A stretch of 64,000 bases of DNA. It comes from Thermoanaerobacteraceae bacterium (GTDB taxonomy: Bacteria; Bacillota; Thermoanaerobacteria; Thermoanaerobacterales; Thermoanaerobacteraceae). Shown here one piece after another: positions 48,845 to 60,180 of the stretch (positions are counted from its first letter, which is position 1; each line of letters begins with the position of its first letter). A program made the translations under genes and the position numbers. Under the pieces are notes generated by a model. The model was given only the letters and a program-made list of their open reading frames with translations. It was not told where the DNA came from and did no database searches. The DNA is taken from contig JBNAVY010000003.1 in NCBI GenBank assembly GCA_049700195.1, positions 17,860 through 81,859 of the forward strand, read 5' to 3'.

Positions 48845-49708
48845 TCAGTTCCCCCTTGATATCATCCTTTTAGGTTTTATTTTGTTTTCATCTGAGATTC
48901 CAACACCTAAGAATAAATTCTGATAATCATAGATTTTGACATATCCAATAAAAGGTGTATATTTGTTTTGTATTAACTGACCATGAGATATTTTTAAACT
49001 ATCTTCATAGTCAAGCTTTATACTTTCCATTTCTAAACCATAATCTACATCATATAATTTAGGCCCATATTTAATAATATCATCAAGAGTTTGTGCATCG
49101 TTTATATTAAAAGGGCCCACTTGTGTTCTAATCAACATTGACATATAACCTGTTGTATCCATTTTTGCACATATATCTCTTACTAATGATCTTATATAAG
49201 TTCCTTTTGAGCATTCTACATCTATCAGTATCTTATATGGTAAAATGATTGAAACAAGATCTATTTTATATATTTCAACATTTATAGGAGGTATTTCTAT
49301 TTCAATTCCCGCTCGTGCATATTCATATAATTTTTTACCCTTGACTTTTTTTGCAGAATAAATTGGTGGATATTGCTTTATCTTTCCTTTAAATCCCTGT
49401 AGTATTGATATAATCATTTCTTTTTTTAATTGTTTTAGTTTTCCGACATCAGTAATACTACCAGTTTTGTCTAAAGTATCTGTTGAAAATCCGAAAGTTA
49501 TTTCTGCTCTATATTTTTTATTATGATCCATTAAAAAAGAAGAAAATTTTGTTGCATTATTAATACATAAGGGGAGAACACCTTCTGCTTCAGGGTCTAA
49601 AGTCCCTATGTGACCTACCTTTTTTATCTTAAGTTCTTTCCTGATGAATTTAACAACATCATGAGAGGTCATTCCAACAGGTTTATAAGCATTTATTATG
49701 CCATTCAA
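48845..49708 (-). CDS. truB: tRNA pseudouridine(55) synthase
   Basis: 287 aa; catalytic GHIGTLDP motif. Confidence 0.93.
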   Translation of the reverse strand: MNGIINAYKPVGMTSHDVVKFIRKELKIKKVGHIGTLDPEAEGVLPLCINNATKFSSFLMDHNKKYRAEITFGFSTDTLDKTGSITDVGKLKQLKKEMIISILQGFKGKIKQYPPIYSAKKVKGKKLYEYARAGIEIEIPPINVEIYKIDLVSIILPYKILIDVECSKGTYIRSLVRDICAKMDTTGYMSMLIRTQVGPFNINDAQTLDDIIKYGPKLYDVDYGLEMESIKLDYEDSLKISHGQLIQNKYTPFIGYVKIYDYQNLFLGVGISDENKIKPKRMISRGN

Positions 49709-49710
49709 AT

Positions 49711-50667
49711 TTACTTTTCTCCTAATTCTTTAATAACAGCATTCAAAATTTCCTGTTTTGCTTGTTCATAAGTTAAGAAAAGACTGCAACCTGCTGCTCT
49801 TATATGACCTCCACCTCCGAAAAGACCTGCTATTTTATTAACATCAATATTATCTTTTGATCTAAGACTAATTTTAAATTCATTATCTCTTTCTACAAGC
49901 AATATAGCAACTTCCACACCTATAATATCTCTTCCGAAATTTATAATATTTTCAATATCACTGTTATCTGTGCCAGTTTCATAAAAATCTTTTTTAAGTA
50001 CTTCCATATAAGCTATTTTGCCATCATTATAAAGAGTTAATTTATCTAAAACTTTGCCAATAAGTTTTGCTTTAGAATATTTTAAACTGTGAAAAATAGT
50101 ATCAGATACTTCTTTAAATCTCGCACCATTGTTTATCAAATCACCTGCTATTTCATGAGTTTTTGCAGTAGTAGATTCATACATGAATCCTCCAGTATCT
50201 GTAACAATGGCTGTATAAAGACTTGTAGATATATCTTCGTCTAATCTGACTCTTAAAAATTTTATTAGCTGATATATAATCTCTGCAGTAGCCGCAGCAT
50301 TAGTATCTACATAATTCATTTTAGCATAAAGTTTATTTGATATATGATGATCAATATTGATACTTAAAGCATTGCTTTTTAACAAGTCCTTAGCTTTACC
50401 CATTCTTTCAATATCAGCACAGTCCATTATTAATATTAAATCTACTTCTTTATAATAAGGTCTTGATATATTGTCAATGCCAGGTAAATAATTATATATA
50501 TCAGGAACATTATCATCTACAAACATTGTAACATCTTTATCAAGACTTTTTAAAGCATTATACATCCCTGTTATACTTCCTAAAGCATCTCCATCGGGAG
50601 ATATATGTGTAATTAAAATAATACTTTTCGCTTTTGATATTTCATCAATAATATCAGTAAAAATCAA
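49711..50667 (-). CDS. nrnA: DHH/DHHA1 phosphoesterase (NrnA-like nanoRNase / pAp phosphatase)
   Basis: 318 aa; DGDALGS, IDHH, GGGGH motifs. Confidence 0.85.
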   Translation of the reverse strand: MIFTDIIDEISKAKSIILITHISPDGDALGSITGMYNALKSLDKDVTMFVDDNVPDIYNYLPGIDNISRPYYKEVDLILIMDCADIERMGKAKDLLKSNALSINIDHHISNKLYAKMNYVDTNAAATAEIIYQLIKFLRVRLDEDISTSLYTAIVTDTGGFMYESTTAKTHEIAGDLINNGARFKEVSDTIFHSLKYSKAKLIGKVLDKLTLYNDGKIAYMEVLKKDFYETGTDNSDIENIINFGRDIIGVEVAILLVERDNEFKISLRSKDNIDVNKIAGLFGGGGHIRAAGCSLFLTYEQAKQEILNAVIKELGEK

Positions 50668-51023
50668 TTATTATCACCTTCTTGGCTTTTTAATTCTTTT
50701 AGAACTTCTGATATATGTGCACCATATTCTATAGAATGGTCAATTTCAAATAATATTTCTGGAGTATATCTCATTTTTATTCTTTTCCCAATCTCATGCC
50801 TTATAAAGCCAGATGCACTTTTTAAGCCTTCCATAGTTTCTATTTTTTCTTCATCTGTACCAAAAATACTTATATATACTTTTGCATATCTTAAATCTTT
50901 TGTTATATTTATATCAGTAATACTTACCATACCTTTAATTCTTGGATCTTTTATTTCTTCCAAAATCATTTTGCTTATTTCTCTTTTTACTTCTTCAGAT
51001 AATCTACCACTTCTATACTGCAT
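50664..51023 (-). CDS. rbfA: Ribosome-binding factor A
   Basis: 119 aa; RbfA KH-like fold pattern (...VSITDINITKDLRYAKVY...); downstream of infB. Confidence 0.92.
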   Translation of the reverse strand: MQYRSGRLSEEVKREISKMILEEIKDPRIKGMVSITDINITKDLRYAKVYISIFGTDEEKIETMEGLKSASGFIRHEIGKRIKMRYTPEILFEIDHSIEYGAHISEVLKELKSQEGDNN

Positions 51024-51043
51024 TTTTATTCATCCTTTCGAAA

Positions 51044-53104
51044 TTAACGCGGTATTTCTTCCATTTGATAAGCTTCAATAATATCTTTTTCTTTAATATC
51101 ATTAAATCTTTCAACACCTATACCACATTCAAAACCCTGTTGTACTTCTTTGGCATCATCTTTAAATCTTTTTAAAGATGATAATTTGCCTTCATATATT
51201 ACTATACCATCTCTGATAACTCTTACATCTGCATTCCTTAATATTTTACCACTTAAAACATAACATCCTCCAATATTTCCCACGCCAGGAACTTTAAAAA
51301 CTGCTCTTACTTCAGCTCGTCCCAGCTCAACTTCCCTATATTTGGGATCTAATAAACCTTTCATAGCTAATTTAATATCATCTATTGCTTCATATATAAT
51401 TCTATATAATTTAATATCTACTTTTTCTTTCTCAGCAAGACTTTTTGCATTAACATCAGGTCTTACATTAAATCCAATTATAATTGCATTTGAAGCTGAA
51501 GCTAGCATTACATCTGTTTCAGTTATAGAACCAACAGCTCCATGAATTACTTTTATTTTTACTTCTTCATTGCTTAAATCTTCAAGAGATTTCCTAATAG
51601 CTTCAACAGAACCCTGTACATCTGCTTTTAAAATAATATTTAGCTCTTTAACTGACCCTTCTTTAATTTGACTAAATAATTCTTCTAGGGATACCTTTTG
51701 TTTTTTCTTTATTTCTTCTTCTCTATGGGCTTGTTTTCGTTTTTCAGCTAGATTACGTGCCTTTTTTTCATCATCAAAACAAATTAACTTATCACCAGCC
51801 TCAGGAACTTCTGAAAAACCTAAAACTTCTACTGGCATTGAAGGACCAGCCTTTTTTATCCTTCTTCCTTTGTCGTCAAACATAGCTCTAACTTTTCCAA
51901 AAGCTGTTCCAGCTAAAATTGTATCACCGATTTTAAGCGTTCCATTCTGAACTAATACAGTAGCAACAGGACCTCTACCCTTTTCTAGTTGAGCCTCTAT
52001 TATAGTACCACGAGCTAATTTATTTGGATTAGCTTTTAAATCCTCCATTTCTGCTACTAGCAAAATCATTTCTAAAAGATTGTCAATACCTATACCACTT
52101 TTTGCCGATACATTAACACAGATAGTATTTCCACCCCAATCTTCAGGTACCAGACCATGCTCGCTAAGTTCGGTTTTTACCCTGTCTGGATTTGCAGTGG
52201 GTTTATCGATTTTATTTATAGCTACTATAATAGGCAGATTAGCTGCTTTTACATGGTTTATAGCTTCTATGGTCTGTGGCATCACACCATCATCTGCAGC
52301 TACTACTAAGATTACTATATCAGTTATGCTTGCACCTCTTGCTCTCATAGCAGTAAATGCTTCATGACCAGGTGTATCCAAAAATACTATTTTTTTATTA
52401 TTTATATCAACAACAGATGCACCAATGTGCTGAGTAATACCACCTGCTTCTTTTGTTATATAATTTGTCTTTCTAATTGCATCTAATAAAGATGTTTTGC
52501 CATGGTCAACATGACCCATTACTGTTACCACGGGAGGTCTTGTAACCAGACTTCTTTCATCATCTTTTTCTTCAGCAAATTCAAGATCATCATCCACTTT
52601 ATCATTTTTATCTAATAAAAAGCCATATTCTTCAGCAATTTTTGAAGCATTATTATAATCTATTTGCTGATTTATAGTAACCATTATACCTTTTGATATA
52701 AGTTTTTTGATTATATCTGCAGGATTAATTTTCATTTTTTCAGATAATTCTTTTACTGTTATAAATTCTGGTATTGTTATAATCTTGATTTCATCTTCAT
52801 TTTCTTGCTCACTTTTTATACTTTCCAAATTTTTACCGTCCTTTTTATTTTTTTTATTATTTTTTTTACCTTTTATCCTAACATTATCTTCAATAGCATC
52901 TTCTATCACTTTTTCTTCTGAATCTATCAATTCATCAAGTGACGGTTTTTCTGTAAATATGTCAAGTATAAGTTCAATCTCATCATCTTCCAATGTACTC
53001 ATATGGTTTTTAACCTTTATATCAAGGTCATTTAATTTTGAAACTAATTCTTTACTAGAAAGATTTAATTCCTTTGCTAATTCATATACCCTCATTTTTG
53101 ACAT
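51044..53104 (-). CDS. infB: Translation initiation factor IF-2
   Basis: GTPase motifs [24 protein letters not shown]; ATG 53104 after GGGGTGA gives [14 protein letters not shown]. Confidence 0.98.
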   Translation of the reverse strand: MSKMRVYELAKELNLSSKELVSKLNDLDIKVKNHMSTLEDDEIELILDIFTEKPSLDELIDSEEKVIEDAIEDNVRIKGKKNNKKNKKDGKNLESIKSEQENEDEIKIITIPEFITVKELSEKMKINPADIIKKLISKGIMVTINQQIDYNNASKIAEEYGFLLDKNDKVDDDLEFAEEKDDERSLVTRPPVVTVMGHVDHGKTSLLDAIRKTNYITKEAGGITQHIGASVVDINNKKIVFLDTPGHEAFTAMRARGASITDIVILVVAADDGVMPQTIEAINHVKAANLPIIVAINKIDKPTANPDRVKTELSEHGLVPEDWGGNTICVNVSAKSGIGIDNLLEMILLVAEMEDLKANPNKLARGTIIEAQLEKGRGPVATVLVQNGTLKIGDTILAGTAFGKVRAMFDDKGRRIKKAGPSMPVEVLGFSEVPEAGDKLICFDDEKKARNLAEKRKQAHREEEIKKKQKVSLEELFSQIKEGSVKELNIILKADVQGSVEAIRKSLEDLSNEEVKIKVIHGAVGSITETDVMLASASNAIIIGFNVRPDVNAKSLAEKEKVDIKLYRIIYEAIDDIKLAMKGLLDPKYREVELGRAEVRAVFKVPGVGNIGGCYVLSGKILRNADVRVIRDGIVIYEGKLSSLKRFKDDAKEVQQGFECGIGVERFNDIKEKDIIEAYQMEEIPR

Positions 53105-53105
53105 A

Positions 53106-53432
53106 TTATTCACCCCCATCATTATTCTTCTCTTTTGCTGCGTTCACTAATACTTTAGATAATCCCTCATCAGTTATACCAATAACGGCTATCAATTCTT
53201 GACCAATACATTTTCCTAAGATTTCCTTGTTACCATAAAAAATATAATCAATATTATAATTCTCACATAGTCTTTTAATATTTTTAGCAGTATTTTCTGA
53301 AGTATCCATTGCAAAAATAACTAAAAAAAGCTTTTTCATTTTTATAAATTTCTCTACGTTATAACTTCCACTGACTAATTTACCGGCTTTTTTTGAAATG
53401 CCAAGCATAGAACAAAACTTTTTATTCATCAA
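53106..53432 (-). CDS. ylxQ: L7Ae-family RNA-binding protein YlxQ
   Basis: 108 aa; L7Ae/L30e fold ([12 protein letters not shown]); nusA-ylxR-ylxQ-infB order. Confidence 0.85.
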   Translation of the reverse strand: MMNKKFCSMLGISKKAGKLVSGSYNVEKFIKMKKLFLVIFAMDTSENTAKNIKRLCENYNIDYIFYGNKEILGKCIGQELIAVIGITDEGLSKVLVNAAKEKNNDGGE

Positions 53433-53691
53433 CTATCTCACTCTCTAACTGCTTAATTATTTCTTCAGCAACTGATACTTGCAGAGCTTTGTCAAGTCTT
53501 TTGGATTTAACTGCCTTTTTAAGGCATTCTGTATTTTTACATATATAACAACCACGTCCTGGAACCTTTCCTGTCAAATCAACCTGTACTTTTCCATCAA
53601 CTGATCTTCTTACAATTCTAATAAGTTCTTTTTTGGGTTTCATTTCTTGACAACCAAGACACATTCTAAGAGGAATTTTCTTATTTTTCAT
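53422..53691 (-). CDS. ylxR: YlxR (RnpM) family RNA-binding protein
   Basis: 89 aa from ATG 53691; IPLRMCLGC...GRGCYIC pattern; between nusA and ylxQ. Confidence 0.85.
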   Translation of the reverse strand: MKNKKIPLRMCLGCQEMKPKKELIRIVRRSVDGKVQVDLTGKVPGRGCYICKNTECLKKAVKSKRLDKALQVSVAEEIIKQLESEIVDE

Positions 53692-53704
53692 AACTACCAC
53701 CTCT

Positions 53705-54742
53705 TTAATTGTTAGCCGTTGATTCACTCTTAATATCAATCTTCCAACCTGTTAATTTTGCAGCAAGTCTTGCATTTTGTCCTTCTTTACCTATAGCAAG
53801 TGAAAGTTGATAATCCGGAACTACAACTTTTGCAATTTTTTCTTTTTCATCAATATCTATACTAATAGCCTTCGCTGGACTAAGTGCATTCATTATAAAT
53901 TCTTGAGGCTTTGAACTCCATTTTACAATATCAATTTTTTCTCCCCTTAATTCATTAACAACGGCTTGAACTCTAGTACCCTTAAATCCAACACATGCAC
54001 CTACTGGATCCACATTTTCATCCTTTGTGTAAACTGCCATTTTTGTACGAGATCCTGCTTCACGAGCTATACTTCTAATTTCAACTATTCCTTGCTGTAT
54101 TTCTGGTACTTCCATTTCAAAAAGCCTTTTTACAAGTCCTGGATGAGATCGTGAAATTAATATCTGAGGACCTTTTGTTGTTTTTTTAACTTCGACAATA
54201 TATACTTTTATTCTATCACCATGACTATATGATTCATTAGGAATTTGTTCAGCAGGACTAAGTGTTGCTTCTGTTTTTCCTAAATCAACAAGCACATTTT
54301 TCTTTTCAATTCTTTCGACTATTCCTGTTATAACTTCTGATTCTTTACTTAAAAAATCTTCATATATAATACCTCTTTCTGCTTCTCTGATACGCTGAAC
54401 TACAACTTGTTTAGCATTTTGAGCAGCAATACGTCCAAAAGTTTTTGGAGTAACTTCAATATCAACAATATCTCCTATCATATATTTTTTATTAATATTT
54501 TTTGCATCCTCTAGACTTATTTCAAGAAGATCATCAAACACCTCATCTACTACTGTTTTTTGTGCATAAACTCTTATATCGCCTGTTTCTCTATCCATCA
54601 GAACTTTAACATTCTGTGATGAACCATAATTTTTTTTATATGCTGAAACTAAAGCAGCCTCTATAGCTTCAAACATAACATCTTGCGAAATACCTTTTTC
54701 TTTGCAGACTGAATTTAATGCTTCAATAAAATCACTATTCAC
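53705..54742 (-). CDS. nusA: Transcription termination/antitermination factor NusA
   Basis: 345 aa; N-terminal domain, S1, two KH domains (AIGKEGQNARLAAKLTGW); GTG start. Confidence 0.97.
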   Translation of the reverse strand: MNSDFIEALNSVCKEKGISQDVMFEAIEAALVSAYKKNYGSSQNVKVLMDRETGDIRVYAQKTVVDEVFDDLLEISLEDAKNINKKYMIGDIVDIEVTPKTFGRIAAQNAKQVVVQRIREAERGIIYEDFLSKESEVITGIVERIEKKNVLVDLGKTEATLSPAEQIPNESYSHGDRIKVYIVEVKKTTKGPQILISRSHPGLVKRLFEMEVPEIQQGIVEIRSIAREAGSRTKMAVYTKDENVDPVGACVGFKGTRVQAVVNELRGEKIDIVKWSSKPQEFIMNALSPAKAISIDIDEKEKIAKVVVPDYQLSLAIGKEGQNARLAAKLTGWKIDIKSESTANN

Positions 54743-54759
54743 ATTAACCCCTCCTTATT

Positions 54760-55215
54760 TTAAAACTTTATAACAGGTTTAACAAGACTTACATTGTTCA
54801 AATCAAATTCTTTTACACTGCCTTCAAATAAAATAAAAATCTTTTCATCCTTAAAATCAACCAATTCACCTTCAAATTTCTTCTTTTTATCTATAGGTGA
54901 ATAAAGAGATACCTCAACTTCAATACCAAAATGTTTTTCAAAGTCTCGTGGTGTTTTAAGAGGCCTGTCTAATCCAGGAGATGATACTTCAAGTATATAA
55001 GAAGTCGGAATGGGGTCTAATTCATCAAGTTTTTCGCTAAGGTATTCACTTACAATCTGGCAATCATCTAAAGAAACGCCTCCATCTTTATCAATATAAA
55101 CTCGTAAATACCAGCTGCTTCCTTCTTTCTTGTATTCAACATCAACAATTTCATAATTATTTTTCTCTATTATAGGCATAACCAATTTCTTGGCTAGTTC
55201 TTCTATTTTAGACAT
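54760..55215 (-). CDS. rimP: Ribosome maturation factor RimP
   Basis: 151 aa; LEVSSPGLDRPL motif; first gene of the nusA operon. Confidence 0.93.
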   Translation of the reverse strand: MSKIEELAKKLVMPIIEKNNYEIVDVEYKKEGSSWYLRVYIDKDGGVSLDDCQIVSEYLSEKLDELDPIPTSYILEVSSPGLDRPLKTPRDFEKHFGIEVEVSLYSPIDKKKKFEGELVDFKDEKIFILFEGSVKEFDLNNVSLVKPVIKF

Positions 55216-55249
55216 AAAACAACCTCCTACTTATTTTATATAATACTAA

Positions 55250-55269
55250 AGAGTGGGTACACCCACTCT
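55250..55269 (-). terminator. Hairpin in the rimP-nusA leader / polC 3' end (weak intrinsic terminator, candidate attenuator)
   Basis: AGAGTGGG-tgta-CCCACTCT followed by interrupted U-tract TTAGTATT; lies downstream of the candidate promoter at 55297-55325. Confidence 0.55.
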
Positions 55270-55296
55270 CATAGTAACATTTATTTTGCCATTACA

Positions 55297-55325
55297 ATTA
55301 TAGCATACACCTTTTACCAATGCAA
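55297..55325 (-). promoter_or_regulatory. Sigma-A promoter TTGCAT-17-TATAAT with TG extension for rimP-nusA-infB
   Basis: Read on the minus strand; -35 begins 4 nt after the polC stop. Confidence 0.55.
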
Positions 55326-55328
55326 CAA

Positions 55329-58300
55329 CTAAAATAAACTTAATTGATTAGTTTCAGGCAAATCTTTTAAGCAATTATGTTGTTTTAAAATATCTATAAC
55401 TGTCTTACTTACACGAGTTCTATTTCTTAAATCTTCAACTGACAAAAATTCTCCTCTAGATCTTTCCTGAACTATGAGTTTTGCAGCTTGAATCCCTATT
55501 CCATCTAAAGAATTAAGAGGTGGAAGTATTCCTTCATCTGTAATTATAAATTTTGCTGAATCTGATTTATAAAGATCTATATCAGTAAATCTTAGCCCTC
55601 TTAAATACATTTCTAGCGCTACTTCTAAAACTGTTAAAAGTCCTTTTTCTTTAGCAGTTACAGCGTTACCTTTTGATTCTATTTCCTTAATGGATTTTTT
55701 AATATGTTCAATGCCACCTAGTACATAATCAAGATTAAAGTCATCGGCCCTTACTGTAAAATATGTTGCATAAAAAGCTTCTGGATAATGAACTTTAAAA
55801 TAAGCAATTCTAAAAGCCATGATAACATATGCTACAGCATGTGCTTTTGGAAACATATATTTTATTTTTTGGCATGATTGTATAAACCAATCGGGTATAC
55901 CATATTTTTTCATTTCTTTAATATCTTCTTCAGTAACGCCTTTCCCTTTTCTAACATTTTCCATAATTTTGAAAGAAAGTTTTTTATCCATATTTTTACT
56001 AATCAAATAAAGCATAATATCATCTCTAGTTGAAATTACTTCTTTTAATGTTGCAACTCCTTGTTTTATTATATCCTGAGCATTATTAAGCCATACATCT
56101 GTACCATGAGATAAACCACTTATTCGAACAAGTTCAGCAAAGGTTGTAGGTTTTGTATCTATAAGCATTTGTCTTACAAATTTAGTTCCAAATTCCGGCA
56201 AACCTAGAGTGCCTACTGGGCTATTTAAATCTTCAGGTAAAATTCCAAGAGCATCAACACTTGTAAATAAACTCATTGTTTTTTCATCATCAAGAGGTAT
56301 CTCTTTAGCATTTACCTTTGTTAAATCTTCCAGCATTCTTATAACTGTAGGATCATCATGTCCAAGTATATCTAATTTTAAAAGTCTGCCACTAATTGAA
56401 TGATAATCAAAATGTGTAGTGATAATTTCAGAGTCTTGTGAATCTGCCGGATGCTGAATTGGCGTAAATTCATATATGCTTTTATCCCTTGGTACAACCA
56501 TTATTCCCCCAGGATGTTGCCCAGTTGTTTTCTTGACTCCAGTACAACCTATTGTAAGCCTTTTTATTTCTGCCTTATGAATAACTAAATTTCGTTCTTC
56601 AAAATATTTTTTAACATAACCATAAGCTGTTTTATCAGCTAAAGTGCCAATGGTTCCTGCTCTAAATACATGCCCTTTACCAAATAGTTCTTCAGTATAT
56701 TTATGAGCTACAGGTTGATATTCACCAGAAAAATTCAGGTCAATATCTGGCTCTTTGTCTCCTTCAAAACCTAAAAAAACTTCAAAAGGAATATCATGTC
56801 CCTCTTTTTTCATCTGAGTACTGCAATTTGGACATAATTTATCAGGCATATCAACACCAGATCCATATGTTCCATCTGTTATAAATTCACTGTATTTACA
56901 ATTAGGGCAAATATAATGTGGAGGTAATGGATTAACTTCTGTTATACCACTCATAGTTGCAACAAAAGAAGAACCTACAGAACCCCTTGAGCCAACAAGA
57001 TAGCCATCTTCTAAAGATTTTGAAACAAGTTTCTGTGCTATTATATACATTACAGCATACCCATTATTTATAATTGAATTAAGCTCCCTTTCAAGTCTTT
57101 TTTCTACAATTTCTGGCAAAGGATCGCCGTAAATTTCATGAGCTTTCTCCATTGTAAGTTTTCTAAGCTCTTCTTCAGCACCTTCTATAACTGGTGGAAA
57201 TGTCCCATCTGGAATTGGCTTTATGTTTTCAATTAAATCAGCAATATAATTAGTATTATATATTACGACTTCTTTAGCAGCTTCTTCACCTAAGTATTTA
57301 AATTCTTCAAGCATCTCATCTGTAGTTTTTAAATAAAGAGGTGCCTGGTTATCTATATCTTTAAATCCTTTGCCAGCCATAAGGATTTTCCTGTATATTT
57401 CTTCCCACGGATCCAAAAAATGAACATCTCCTGTAGCAACAACGGGTTTATTATACTTTTTCCCTAGAGTATATATGCGTTTATTAATTTCTTTTAATTC
57501 TTCAATATCTTTTACTTCACCTTTTTCAATTAAAAATTCATTATTTTTTACAGGCTGTATTTCAAGATAATCATAAAAATCTATAATTTTTTTTATTTTT
57601 TCATCATCTACATTTGATATAATGTTTCTAAAAACTTCACCTTGTTCACAAGCAGAACCAATAATTAAGCCTTGTCTCATTGATCTCAAAAGACTCTTTG
57701 GTATTCTTGGAGTTCTATGAAAATATTCAAGATTTGATTTTGATATAATTTCATATAAATTTCTCAAACCAATATAATCTTTAACAAGAATTATTACATG
57801 ATAGGTTGGGAGCTTTTTTATATCCACATTTTTTTCACTGAATGAAGAATTTATTTCACTAACATTATTTATTCCCATCTGCTTTAAAAAAATAATTGAT
57901 TTCATAAAAATCTCTGCTGTTGCTTGTGCATCATCGACTGCTCTATGATGATTTTTTAGTGATACTTCAAGATATTCTGCAACAGTATCAAGTTTATAGT
58001 TTTTCAGATTTTTATATAAATGTCTACTTAATTCAAGTGTATCTATAACTGCATTTTTAACATTTATATTTAATTGATTAGCTTTTGATTTAATAAAATT
58101 AACGTCAAAATTAGCATTATGTGCTACAAGAACAGCATCTTGTATAAAATCCATGAATTCAGGTATTATTTTATCAATAGTTGGAGCATCTTTAACCATA
58201 TTATCATTTATACTGGTTAATTTAGTAATAAATGGTGGTATAGGTATCTGAGGATTTATAAACGTCTCAAATCTATCCACAATTTTGTTGTTACTTATTT

Positions 58301-59546
58301 TTACTGCACCAATTTCTATAATTTTGTCATTAACATTACTTAAACCTGTCGTTTCAATATCAAAAACTACAAATTCATCATCAAAACTATATTCACTATA
58401 ACCACTTACAATTGGTATACCATCATCAACTAAGTATCCTTCCACACCGTATAAAACCTTAATTTTATTTTTTTTAGATGCTTCCATTGCTTCAGGATAA
58501 GCTTGTACTACTGCATGATCTGTTATTGCAATTGCTTTATGCCCCCATGATGCAGCTTTTTGAATTAAAGCTGTGGCTGATGAAACACCATCCATACTGC
58601 TCATTTGAGTATGAACATGAAGTTCTACTCTTTTTTCTTCACACAAATCCATTCTCTGTTTTTGTTCAGATATCTGCAAATCTTTAATATTTATAATAAG
58701 GTCATTTTCATATTTATCATATATAACAGTACCTCGTAATCTTATAAATGATCCTACTGTTATAGAATTTTTAATTATATTATATTTTTCTTCATTTAAA
58801 AATGTTTTAGCAGTTATAGATGAAGTATAATCTGTAATATTAAATATGACAAGAAATTTATTTTTAATTTCTTTAAATTCTAAAGAAAATATAGTACCTT
58901 CAATTATTGCATCAACAGTTTCCTGATTTATCTGTTCTAAATAAATTGGCTGTTCAAAAATTTCTTTTCCTAATAATACTTTATGACTCCTAGATGATAA
59001 TATTTCATTGGTTTGCTTAGATTCTTCTTGATTGTTTAACATTTTTTCTTCTACTAATTTTACATCTTCTTCTGCTATCTTATTTAAAATATCCTCATTT
59101 TTTTCGTAAAAAACAAATTCAATTTTTACAGTTTTCCCATATTCCTGATCATAAATCTCAGATATTAAATCATTTATTTTATTAGTTTTTAAAAACTCAT
59201 ATGTCATTTCATTAAAAGCTTTTACGTTAATTAAATCATCATAAAAGGTTACTGTACATGACTTTAAAAAACTAAAAGAAGATGGATATTTTTTGCTTAC
59301 TTTTAAAATAACATCTTCCCATAATTCATCAATACTTTTATTTTCTTTTTTATAAATATCAAATTCTATATCTTCTATAAAAGGTAAATTATCAATAATA
59401 TTATTCCTAATATTTTCTTTAATTTTTTCATTTATATTATTGCCATTTAAACTTAGAATAAGTTTTTTTTGACTTTTTATAAATTTAGTATGATTTAATT
59501 TAATATTATGATCAGAAAGATATTTAGAAAAAAAACCTGGCAACAT
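55329..59546 (-). CDS. polC: DNA polymerase III PolC-type
   Basis: 1405 aa; PHP (HVHTQMSSMDG), 3'-5' exonuclease (FDIETTGLS), Zn-finger CPNC...CPNC, polymerase core. Confidence 0.98.
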   Translation of the reverse strand: MLPGFFSKYLSDHNIKLNHTKFIKSQKKLILSLNGNNINEKIKENIRNNIIDNLPFIEDIEFDIYKKENKSIDELWEDVILKVSKKYPSSFSFLKSCTVTFYDDLINVKAFNEMTYEFLKTNKINDLISEIYDQEYGKTVKIEFVFYEKNEDILNKIAEEDVKLVEEKMLNNQEESKQTNEILSSRSHKVLLGKEIFEQPIYLEQINQETVDAIIEGTIFSLEFKEIKNKFLVIFNITDYTSSITAKTFLNEEKYNIIKNSITVGSFIRLRGTVIYDKYENDLIINIKDLQISEQKQRMDLCEEKRVELHVHTQMSSMDGVSSATALIQKAASWGHKAIAITDHAVVQAYPEAMEASKKNKIKVLYGVEGYLVDDGIPIVSGYSEYSFDDEFVVFDIETTGLSNVNDKIIEIGAVKISNNKIVDRFETFINPQIPIPPFITKLTSINDNMVKDAPTIDKIIPEFMDFIQDAVLVAHNANFDVNFIKSKANQLNINVKNAVIDTLELSRHLYKNLKNYKLDTVAEYLEVSLKNHHRAVDDAQATAEIFMKSIIFLKQMGINNVSEINSSFSEKNVDIKKLPTYHVIILVKDYIGLRNLYEIISKSNLEYFHRTPRIPKSLLRSMRQGLIIGSACEQGEVFRNIISNVDDEKIKKIIDFYDYLEIQPVKNNEFLIEKGEVKDIEELKEINKRIYTLGKKYNKPVVATGDVHFLDPWEEIYRKILMAGKGFKDIDNQAPLYLKTTDEMLEEFKYLGEEAAKEVVIYNTNYIADLIENIKPIPDGTFPPVIEGAEEELRKLTMEKAHEIYGDPLPEIVEKRLERELNSIINNGYAVMYIIAQKLVSKSLEDGYLVGSRGSVGSSFVATMSGITEVNPLPPHYICPNCKYSEFITDGTYGSGVDMPDKLCPNCSTQMKKEGHDIPFEVFLGFEGDKEPDIDLNFSGEYQPVAHKYTEELFGKGHVFRAGTIGTLADKTAYGYVKKYFEERNLVIHKAEIKRLTIGCTGVKKTTGQHPGGIMVVPRDKSIYEFTPIQHPADSQDSEIITTHFDYHSISGRLLKLDILGHDDPTVIRMLEDLTKVNAKEIPLDDEKTMSLFTSVDALGILPEDLNSPVGTLGLPEFGTKFVRQMLIDTKPTTFAELVRISGLSHGTDVWLNNAQDIIKQGVATLKEVISTRDDIMLYLISKNMDKKLSFKIMENVRKGKGVTEEDIKEMKKYGIPDWFIQSCQKIKYMFPKAHAVAYVIMAFRIAYFKVHYPEAFYATYFTVRADDFNLDYVLGGIEHIKKSIKEIESKGNAVTAKEKGLLTVLEVALEMYLRGLRFTDIDLYKSDSAKFIITDEGILPPLNSLDGIGIQAAKLIVQERSRGEFLSVEDLRNRTRVSKTVIDILKQHNCLKDLPETNQLSLF

Positions 59547-59559
59547 ATAATCCCTCTTT

Positions 59560-60180
59560 CTATATCCACATACGTATTATATCATAATACATTTTCATTC
59601 TTGCCTTAAATCCTTTAAAGAATCCTAATTTTTCCTCTTTCATAATATGTGTCATATTTTCAAGTAATATATTTTCTACTTTCCAGTTATTTTCTTTTGC
59701 TAACTTATTTAAAGCAATTTCCACACCAAAATTAGTAAATTCTAATTTTTTTAAATCACCTAAAACAGATTTACGTATAGCTCTTTGTCCTGACAAAAAA
59801 GGTGCTACTTTTTGTGCAAGATCAGTAAAAGTTCTTCCAGATGAAAAAATTCCAACAGTCATATCAGCTTTATTATTTAATACTGGATAGACAAGATTGT
59901 TAAAATGAGTTTCTGTAAGTCCTACTAAATCAGCATCTAATAAAACTATAATATCACCTGATGCATTTTCAATACCAATTTTAACTGTATTTCCTTTGCC
60001 AGTATTTATATTTAAGTTAATAAGCTTTACGTTATATTTTAAAGCCTGATCTTTTGTGTCATCTGAAGAACCATCATTTACAACAATTATTTCATTTATG
60101 TTTTTTATTTTTTTTAAAGATTCCAAAACCCGTCCTATGTTTTTACCTTCGTTATATGCAGGTATAACTACAGAAATCAT
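59560..60180 (-). CDS. Small family-2 glycosyltransferase (GT-A fold), specificity unknown
   Basis: 206 aa; [19 protein letters not shown] motifs; ATGA overlap with the ispG stop. Confidence 0.75.
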   Translation of the reverse strand: MISVVIPAYNEGKNIGRVLESLKKIKNINEIIVVNDGSSDDTKDQALKYNVKLINLNINTGKGNTVKIGIENASGDIIVLLDADLVGLTETHFNNLVYPVLNNKADMTVGIFSSGRTFTDLAQKVAPFLSGQRAIRKSVLGDLKKLEFTNFGVEIALNKLAKENNWKVENILLENMTHIMKEEKLGFFKGFKARMKMYYDIIRMWI

